A DNA stretch of 31,971 nt from Rubrobacteraceae bacterium (GTDB lineage Bacteria; Actinomycetota; Rubrobacteria; Rubrobacterales; Rubrobacteraceae): positions 1 through 31,971 of the forward strand of contig JBARZO010000051.1 of the NCBI GenBank assembly GCA_049650165.1, written 5' to 3'. The position numbers were made by a program, and so were the translations under genes. Within the stretch, counting starts at the first letter, position 1. Every line of letters begins with the position of its first letter. The notes below the pieces were generated by a model. That model was not told the DNA's origin and ran no database searches. It was given only the letters and a program-made list of their open reading frames with translations. Of this stretch, positions 23,716-31,971 are shown in pieces.

Positions 23716-25518
23716 TCATGTTAGCGAGGCTACATTAGCTCTGGCTTCGTTGTCCACAAACTGACTGACAGCCTCCAGCAGATCTTCTTCGCTCCTCAAC
23801 TGCACCGCCTCGACCACCGCCGACCTCCCACGGAGGTATCTAGCTACAATCTGGGACTCGTCAGGACCTCCGGCTGATGGTTTCTCCGACTCCGACAACG
23901 CTGCTTTCGCGAACCGTGAGATTTCATTCGCATCGTTCACCTCAAAGCCCTGATGGGAAACCAAACGTCCTTCAGAGAAGGCAAAGACCTCGATGAGCCC
24001 GGGTTCCGTCGAAGGAGTAACGACCGCCTGCACGCCCTCTGCGCTGACGACGGCCCGGGTAAGGCGTATCCGCTTTATACCGGCGACGAGATCCCTGAGA
24101 CGCGCTGCAGCCTCGAATTCCTGCTCCACGGCCATCCGGTCCCGTTCCCTGACGAGTGCTTTCAGATGTTCCTCTCCCCCCTCGCCCCGCATCAAGGCGG
24201 TGAGCTCTTCTACGACCCCCGTACGATATTCATCCTCGCTCATGCCCATACACGGCGCGCAGCGATTCATCTGGCCGTAGAAGCAGACATCCGCTTCACC
24301 GGAGCATTGTTTCAGGGGGAAGATCCTGCCGAGCGCTTCGATGCAAGTGTCGAGAACCCTGGCGCTCCGGTACGGCCCGAGATACGTTACGCCCTCTTTC
24401 CCTTCGGAACTCGGGACTCTTTCCGGGACCGGGTAAGTCTCGTTCATGTCCAGCTTTATAAACCAACTTGCCCGGGGTTCCCGACCGACGGAGTTGTAGC
24501 GGGGCAAGAGGCGTTTTATCTCACGGGCCTCGTGGATCAGGGCGTGAAGTTCGCTCTGCGTCTCTTCATAACGCACTTCAGCGACCTCTTCGACGAGGCG
24601 CCCGATCTTACGCCGCCCATCCCCGCCGTTGAAGTACGTCCGCACCCGCACTTTTAGATCCTTCGCCTTGCCCACGTAGAGCACGGTCCCATGCTTGTCC
24701 ACGAAGTAGTAGACACCCGGTGTGTTGGGTATGTCCTCGGCGAGGTGTTGTTTCTGAGGTTTTATGCGCCGCCGGCTACTACCCTTGAGCGTAACCGCCT
24801 CTCCCACAGTCTGCACCCCGGCGGATTTCAACAGCTTCTGTAGCTTCAAAAATACTTCAGCGGTGGCCGCCGCGTCGGAGAGGCCACGGTGGTTTGGCAC
24901 CTGACGTACACCAAAATGTCCGGCCAACGAGCCGAGCCGATAGCGCCGGAGACCCGGAACCAATGTGCGGGCGAGCTTCAAGGTATCGAGGACGGGGTTC
25001 GGAAGCGGTTCGCCCCGGGCCGCCGCGACGAACGAGCAGTCGAACTGTACGTTGTGCCCGACGAGCACCGCGCCCTCTACGAACTCCTCGAAAGAAGGCA
25101 TGACCTCGCCGATCGGGGGGGCGTCCGCGACCATCGAGTTCGTGATGCCGGTCAGACGGATGACAAACGGCGTTATGGGTATACCCGGGTTGACTAGCGT
25201 GGAGAACTCGTCCACGATCTCACCACCCGCTATCTTGACGGCGCCTATCTCCGTTATGCCGCTTTTATCGGATGAGGTTCCAGTGGTCTCCAGGTCAAAG
25301 ACGACGTAGGGCGCCTCCGGCAGCGGAAGCGTGGCTACATCCGCGATGCGTAGATCGCCGGACTCGTCCCAGAGAAAGCGCGGGTCTTTCTCTATGAGCT
25401 TCTGTATGTGGTCGTGGGCGCCACCGTTGAGGTACGAGAGGGCGAGTAGTTCGGTGCAGATTTCCTCGGCGCTTACCGATTCGCGGTTCCGGACAAAGCC
25501 GTAGAGGCTAGGAGACAC
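23716..25518 (-). CDS. DEDDh (DnaQ-like) exonuclease fused to UvrC/Cho-like GIY-YIG nuclease and UVR domain
   Basis: VFDLETTG, GHNVQFD, HRGLSDA; PGVYYF...LYVGKAKDLK.RVRTYF, LPRYN; C..GQM.RC..C; EFEAAARLRD. Confidence 0.92.
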   Translation of the reverse strand: MSPSLYGFVRNRESVSAEEICTELLALSYLNGGAHDHIQKLIEKDPRFLWDESGDLRIADVATLPLPEAPYVVFDLETTGTSSDKSGITEIGAVKIAGGEIVDEFSTLVNPGIPITPFVIRLTGITNSMVADAPPIGEVMPSFEEFVEGAVLVGHNVQFDCSFVAAARGEPLPNPVLDTLKLARTLVPGLRRYRLGSLAGHFGVRQVPNHRGLSDAAATAEVFLKLQKLLKSAGVQTVGEAVTLKGSSRRRIKPQKQHLAEDIPNTPGVYYFVDKHGTVLYVGKAKDLKVRVRTYFNGGDGRRKIGRLVEEVAEVRYEETQSELHALIHEAREIKRLLPRYNSVGREPRASWFIKLDMNETYPVPERVPSSEGKEGVTYLGPYRSARVLDTCIEALGRIFPLKQCSGEADVCFYGQMNRCAPCMGMSEDEYRTGVVEELTALMRGEGGEEHLKALVRERDRMAVEQEFEAAARLRDLVAGIKRIRLTRAVVSAEGVQAVVTPSTEPGLIEVFAFSEGRLVSHQGFEVNDANEISRFAKAALSESEKPSAGGPDESQIVARYLRGRSAVVEAVQLRSEEDLLEAVSQFVDNEARANVASLT

Positions 25519-26533
25519 GGACCTCCGTCCGCACCGCGCGGGCCGTCTCGGCGATGGTTCGGGCCTGGGCCTCGGTCACACCGGGAATGGCGACGAGGTT
25601 CTCGAAGGTGTACTCATGGTCCAGGAGGCCGCTCGCCATAACCCTGGCGCGAGTCTTCATCCCAACGCCCGGCATCTTCTCGGTGTGGAAGATCCTGCCG
25701 CGCTGTATCCGCAAATTCTCCACACCGGCGAGACGCTCCCCGTCCACCAGGACTCGCTTCAAGGTATCCGCGAACGACTCCACCTGCTCCGGCTGATAAA
25801 CACCCCGACCCATGAGCGACGGCGTCATAGGCTGCGGATAGAGCATGTTGGCGTTGCGCACCGTCGTGTGGCCAGGCGGCTCCCCTCCGTCGAGCGGGTC
25901 CGGGTCTCCGAGACTCTGCGCCTCTACAGCATGGCTCCAGACCTGTTCTTCTAGGTCTCCGTCCAGTTCCAGTTCGGTAACTACCGGGTGCCCTCGAAAG
26001 CGGTCGTTGCGGTTGGCGGCGTAGAGAAAGCGTTGATCGCTCTTCTCGTTGCGGTAGAACTCAACCACTCCACGGGCGCGTTTCTCGCCGATGCCGGGCA
26101 GTCGAGAGAGATCTTTGGCGTCCTCCGCCTCTATCATCTCCCGTAGCTCGTCGGCCTCTACAGCTTCAGCGGCTTTTGCCGCGGCCCGGCGATCTACGCC
26201 GCGTACCCGCTCAAGCATACCCGCGACACTCTCTGGGTCCACGCCGCGCCTCAGATGGTTGATCTTACGCACCCCGGTAAACTCGTTGTGTTCCTCCCAG
26301 TGCCAGACGAACTCCCGCAACCGCTCGACCGCCGCCGAATCCTCCGGTACAAACTCTATAGTCACGCCGTTTCCGATGTAGCGCCCGTTAGCCTGCGGCA
26401 TATGCTCCGCCGCGTACATGACCTGAACCTTAACCGAAGGTGAATAGAAAGAGAAATTTACGGGAATACCCGTAGAAACCTCTTTCATCAGCCGCCGCCG
26501 GAAGATATTGTCTTCGTGATCCGTCTCAAACAT
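25508..26533 (-). CDS. Hypothetical protein with multiple helix-hairpin-helix motifs
   Basis: LSRLPGIGEKRA, MPGVGMKT and LVAIPGVTEAQARTI; overlaps the nuclease start by 11 nt. Confidence 0.75.
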   Translation of the reverse strand: MFETDHEDNIFRRRLMKEVSTGIPVNFSFYSPSVKVQVMYAAEHMPQANGRYIGNGVTIEFVPEDSAAVERLREFVWHWEEHNEFTGVRKINHLRRGVDPESVAGMLERVRGVDRRAAAKAAEAVEADELREMIEAEDAKDLSRLPGIGEKRARGVVEFYRNEKSDQRFLYAANRNDRFRGHPVVTELELDGDLEEQVWSHAVEAQSLGDPDPLDGGEPPGHTTVRNANMLYPQPMTPSLMGRGVYQPEQVESFADTLKRVLVDGERLAGVENLRIQRGRIFHTEKMPGVGMKTRARVMASGLLDHEYTFENLVAIPGVTEAQARTIAETARAVRTEVRVS

Positions 26534-26574
26534 TAGATACTCGATTCTACCATCTGGTTTCTTTCTCCCATCAC

Positions 26575-27807
26575 TTAATAACCGGCGACCACGTCTTCGC
26601 GCAACACGATAGCCTCGACCGGCTCTCCCGCGCGAGCTTCGGATTCTGGTCCGATCAGGGCGAGCGCGTCGGCCTTCGTCAGTGAGCTTACGAGCCCAGA
26701 TCCCTGTGCTCCTACGGACTTAGCCCGCCAGCCTTTCTCGGTGCGTTCCAGGCTCACACGCATGGCGTGCATCCTGCCGAGTCGGTTGCTCATCTCGTCG
26801 TCGAAGTACACCTGGATGCGGGGCCTTTCTTTGTCTTCACGACCCATCATCTCCGTCAGCGCGGGCCTGACGAACAACTCGAAACAGACCATCGCCGAGA
26901 CCGGGTTGCCGGGGAGGCCGAAGAAACGTGAGTCTTCCTGAATACCGTAGAAAACCGGCTTGCCCGGCTTGAGCTTTACACCCCAGAAGACCTGCTCCAC
27001 ACCGAGGTCCAACAGAGTGCTCTTCACGAGATCCTTCTCCCCCACCGACACGCCACCACTAGTTACGACCACATCGGCGCTTTCCAGGGCTCCTTGTATA
27101 GTGTCGCGAAGCACGTCTGCGTCATCGGAGGCGGCGGCGACTCGGAAGGCATCGGCGCCGGCCTCGCGGGCCTGGGCGAGCATCGCGAAGGAGTTTGAGT
27201 CGTAGATCTCACCAGGGTAGAGGTCCCGCTCACCCGGCGTCACCAGCTCTGTGCCGGTCGAGAGAACGGCGACTTTCGGTCTCCGGTAGACGGGCAGCTG
27301 CCCGTAACCCTGGGTTGCGGACAGGGCGATCTCTGGCGCCCCGATCTCCGTACCCGCGCGCAAGATGACGTCTCCTTCTCGCACATCCTCGCCACTGCGA
27401 CGGATGTTCTGCTCCGGCTCAGCAGGTTTCTTCAATTCGAACTCTTCGCCCCAGCCGGAGGTGTTCTCGACCATAACCACCGCGTCGGCATCTTCCGGGA
27501 TAACACCGCCGGTGAAGATCTTGATAGCTTCACCCTCCCCCACGCTCTTCTGCGCTGGACGGCCCGCCGGAGCCTCATCCACGACCTGGAAAACGCTTCC
27601 CTCCTCAGCATCGGCGCTCCGAACCGCGTAGCCGTCCACCGCCGAGTTATCGAAGGGCGGAGAGTCGAAACGGGCTTTCAGATCTCCGGATAGAACGAGC
27701 CCCTGGGCTTTTTCCAGCAGCGTGTTCTCCGCGGACAATCTGGGAGTGTTGTTCAACACAAGCCGGACGGCCTCATGGTGATCTATAAGTTTTCCGAACA
27801 GTTGCAT
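26575..27807 (-). CDS. moeA: Molybdopterin molybdenumtransferase (gephyrin-like)
   Basis: PPFDNSAVDGYA, IFTGG.IP..ADAVVMVE, STGTEL, TSGGVSVG, KPGKP and LPGNPVS motifs. Confidence 0.96.
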   Translation of the reverse strand: MQLFGKLIDHHEAVRLVLNNTPRLSAENTLLEKAQGLVLSGDLKARFDSPPFDNSAVDGYAVRSADAEEGSVFQVVDEAPAGRPAQKSVGEGEAIKIFTGGVIPEDADAVVMVENTSGWGEEFELKKPAEPEQNIRRSGEDVREGDVILRAGTEIGAPEIALSATQGYGQLPVYRRPKVAVLSTGTELVTPGERDLYPGEIYDSNSFAMLAQAREAGADAFRVAAASDDADVLRDTIQGALESADVVVTSGGVSVGEKDLVKSTLLDLGVEQVFWGVKLKPGKPVFYGIQEDSRFFGLPGNPVSAMVCFELFVRPALTEMMGREDKERPRIQVYFDDEMSNRLGRMHAMRVSLERTEKGWRAKSVGAQGSGLVSSLTKADALALIGPESEARAGEPVEAIVLREDVVAGY

Positions 27808-27865
27808 CTACATGCACCTCTTCTGATCTTTGACTGCTAGTTTTCCTCTTTCCCCCTTGAGTACG

Positions 27866-28687
27866 CTACCACACCTGACGCGGCGGAGCCGGGAGATCAA
27901 GAAAAGAGCGGGTCGTCGCCCGGCAATCGTTCAGCATTCGGTACAAAGCCGGGGCGTTCCGCGTCATCGTTCGCATCACGCAGAGGTTCGGAGAGGGAAC
28001 ACTAGCCGAAGCCAGGGCGCCAGGAAGAGAGTTTACAGTGCCGTGGAGCTTCTCGGCGAGAGGTGAGAGATCTGAGGCGGAGATCAAGTAAAGCGTTCCC
28101 ACATAAGAATAGCTGCCGAACGGTTCACCGCCTCCCGATAGCTCGAATCCGTCCATCACCTGCGGCATCCCGCACCTGAAAATTTTCGTCCTATTGCTGA
28201 GGTTGTCGAAGTCGAAGCGTTCGCCCCGCGCCACGCGGCCGGGGGAGCAGGCGTCCCAGGCGATCAGCGTTGCACCTTCGGCGAGACGAAACTCTGTAGT
28301 CTGCCGGTAGCTAGAACCGGCGTAAGGTATGAGATGGTGTGGCAGGTACTCTAGCAACGCGCTTTTTCCGACATCGAAAAGAGCCTCCTGTCGGGCTTCT
28401 TCGCCTTTGTAGACTTTTGTCGCACCCTGGGTGAGGATCGTGGCCGCGCTGCCGGGAGCGAGCGTGGCTGTTATATCTAAGCGATCACCGCCGAGAACGC
28501 CGCCGGCCGGGTTTGTGACCTGGACTTCCGCCATCCCGGAAGCGTCCGGATAACCGGCCCGCACAGCCCCGAAAGGTGTCGAGGCGTGCCGGTCAGCGAG
28601 AACGGTACGGTCTCTTCGGAGATCGAACGCTAGTCGGAGAGAGCCTCGTTGCACCGCATAAGCCGCATTGGAGGAAGCTTCCAGCAT
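27866..28687 (-). CDS. ureD: Urease accessory protein UreD
   Basis: NPAGGVLGGD.L, TQGATKVY, LEYLP...IPY and GRVARGERF motifs. ATG 28687 lies in a TGATG overlap with the upstream gene. Confidence 0.9.
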   Translation of the reverse strand: MLEASSNAAYAVQRGSLRLAFDLRRDRTVLADRHASTPFGAVRAGYPDASGMAEVQVTNPAGGVLGGDRLDITATLAPGSAATILTQGATKVYKGEEARQEALFDVGKSALLEYLPHHLIPYAGSSYRQTTEFRLAEGATLIAWDACSPGRVARGERFDFDNLSNRTKIFRCGMPQVMDGFELSGGGEPFGSYSYVGTLYLISASDLSPLAEKLHGTVNSLPGALASASVPSPNLCVMRTMTRNAPALYRMLNDCRATTRSFLDLPAPPRQVW

Positions 28688-29115
28688 CAACGACACGCTT
28701 CCACTAGACGCGCCAGCAAACCTTCCGGATCGTACAGGATTCGAAAACCTTCCTGGATTATTGGCGGCAAGTTGGAATCTACAGGATCTGTCGCGGCCCA
28801 CGAAGGCAGGGCGATTCCAGCCTCGACTTCCAGGCCGGAATTGAGCACGAACCGTCGCTCTGTCATCGTTGGTCCCCATTGTTCCGTCCTGATTACCCGG
28901 AGGCCTCCGAGCTCCCGCACCCAGGATTCGTCCTCGAGATAGTCCTGCTTGGCCATGGTGAGCAACACGAGGTCTACGTCAGAGTCCATGTGGGCATCGC
29001 CGCGGGCCCAGGAACCGACCACCCCGACCGCCACTACGTCGGCCTTTCGGGAAGCCCATTCTCGCGTTCTTTCGAGTAACTTCTGGACCTCGGCGGCGCG
29101 CTCGTCGGTGACCAT
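28687..29115 (-). CDS. Minimal nucleotidyltransferase (Pol-beta superfamily) domain protein
   Basis: VGSWARGDAHMDSDVDLVLL and LYDPEG motifs. TACAAT at 29122-29127, 6 nt before the ATG (leaderless). Confidence 0.85.
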   Translation of the reverse strand: MVTDERAAEVQKLLERTREWASRKADVVAVGVVGSWARGDAHMDSDVDLVLLTMAKQDYLEDESWVRELGGLRVIRTEQWGPTMTERRFVLNSGLEVEAGIALPSWAATDPVDSNLPPIIQEGFRILYDPEGLLARLVEACR

Positions 29116-29148
29116 CCAGTCATTGTACAGTCCGCCTTTTCAGGTCTT

Positions 29149-29823
29149 TTAGTGAGGGTGCGGGTGGTCGTGATGGTCGGGGCGGGCGTTGGAAACCGCC
29201 GGGACCCATTCTCGTTGCCCGACGGCCTCTCTTACCCACTCCACGACCGCTTCCATGCCGTCGCCGTGCAGCACGGAGGAAAAAAGTGTCGGCGCTTCGC
29301 CCCGGAGTTCGGCAGCGTCGTGTTCCATAATGGAGAGGTCTGCTCCTACGAGTGGAGCTAGATCTACCTTGTTCACTACGAGCAACTCCGAACGGGTGAC
29401 GCCGGGTCCACCCTTGCGCGGGACCTTGTCCCCTCCGGCCACGTCCACGACGTAGATGGCGGCGTCCACTAGCTCGGGACTGAAGGAGGCCGCGAGATTG
29501 TCGCCCCCGCTCTCTATAAAGAGCAGGTCGAGGTCAAAGTCTCGTTCCAGTTTTTCGGCTGCCTCAAGGTTCATAGAAACATCATCCCGGATGGCGGTGT
29601 GAGGGCAACCGCCGGTCTCGACGCCGACGACCCGGCCTTCCGGTAGTACGGCGGCCCGTTGCAGGAACTCAGCGTCCTCGCGGGTATAGATGTCGTTTGT
29701 GACGGCGGCGATCTCTAACTCGTCCCCCATCCGGCGGCACAACTCGGCAACCAACGCCGTCTTGCCGGAACCTACCGGTCCTCCGACGCCAAGCCTCAAA
29801 GTATCCAATGCATCCTCCTTCAA
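29149..29823 (-). CDS. ureG: Urease accessory GTPase UreG
   Basis: [31 protein letters not shown] and NKVD motifs. Confidence 0.97.
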   Translation of the reverse strand: MKEDALDTLRLGVGGPVGSGKTALVAELCRRMGDELEIAAVTNDIYTREDAEFLQRAAVLPEGRVVGVETGGCPHTAIRDDVSMNLEAAEKLERDFDLDLLFIESGGDNLAASFSPELVDAAIYVVDVAGGDKVPRKGGPGVTRSELLVVNKVDLAPLVGADLSIMEHDAAELRGEAPTLFSSVLHGDGMEAVVEWVREAVGQREWVPAVSNARPDHHDHPHPH

Positions 29824-30499
29824 GATATGTACAGTCTGATCCTCTGTCGTTCGTGCAACATCGAACGGACGTCTATCGTCGGCGCGAAGGCATACATCCC
29901 ATCTACCTGCAAGCTCTCGCTCGACTCGACGGCCCCGGCTATCTTTACTTGCAACCCATAAAGCACCCGTTGGGCAGTGCTGCCGCCGAGTGGGATGAGC
30001 TTCTGCCCCGCAGCGACCAGCGACGCGACGGTCGAATACAGATACGCGTACAAGACATTGGAGAGATCCGCGTCCAACGCCGGAGCCGCGACCCCAAACC
30101 CAACCGCCAGGTTACCCGGAGAAAGTCCGTCTTTCACGGAAGCCCCGAACCCGCTCAACAGGTCGTCCCCAATGCCCATCGCATCCACGCTCGCCAGGAA
30201 TCGCCGGCCAGTGGCGGCCCCGGCTTCGCGCAACTCCCGCGTGAGCTTCGTCGCGGTGAGTAGCTTATCTATACGAATCAGCTCTTCGACGGAATCCGTC
30301 CCATACGCCGCTCTCAAGGCTACGCAATCGGAGGTAGCCATAGAGCTCAGTGAGAGCTTCACGAAACGCCGGAGGTCACCGGCTTCTTTGAGTTCTCCGC
30401 CGTCGTAGAAGGCTTCGAGGCCCATGGAGTGAGCGAAGGCTCCGGTCGGGAACGCAGTATCGGAGACTTGTAGAAGGCTCAGCAAGGCTTCGGCGCGCA

Positions 30500-30500
<1 letters not shown>
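29820..30500 (-). CDS. ureF: Urease accessory protein UreF
   Basis: [20 protein letters not shown]...KLIPLG...HE....RLYIS. ATG 30500 lies in a TAATG overlap with the ureC stop. Confidence 0.93.

Positions 30501-31971
<1,471 letters not shown>

Noticed and set aside
26534..26574. LexA/SOS box ahead of the HhH-nuclease genes
   Set aside because: No GAAC-N4-GTTC motif is present.
28688..28879. N-terminal extension of UreD in the ORF track (similarly UreF 30501-30575 and 19238-19402)
   Set aside because: They overlap upstream genes or promoters; coupled downstream ATG starts fit better.

Overview
GC-rich actinobacterial chromosome segment. Gene content and style (many TTG starts, TreT next to a GT20 synthase, a bacteriorhodopsin-like opsin) suggest Rubrobacteria; this is inference. 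From left to right: (1) a minus-strand respiratory operon of an ActD/YflT-like membrane protein, a stand-alone CydA-like protein, a Rieske protein and cytochrome b (truncated by the window edge); (2) a membrane protein, an ABC-2 exporter and an NCS2 purine permease; (3) a stress operon preceded by a SigB/SigF-type promoter, GlsB/YeaQ - Asp23 - Asp23-like - two AmaP-like - DUF2273-like, ending in a DTG-motif microbial rhodopsin; (4) convergent with it, SPFH protein, RsbW-like kinase, TreT and OtsA-like genes; (5) a secreted coiled-coil cell-wall hydrolase followed by a decayed NlpC/P60 relic; (6) UDG-fold, degenerate M23-like and site-2 protease genes, plus a candidate C-loop sRNA; (7) an OmpR-type two-component system, a DEDDh/GIY-YIG nuclease, an HhH protein and moeA; (8) the 3' part of a urease operon (ureC-F-G-[nucleotidyltransferase]-D). 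I saw no rRNA, tRNA, CRISPR array or transposase. All family calls come from motif recognition by eye, with no database searches.
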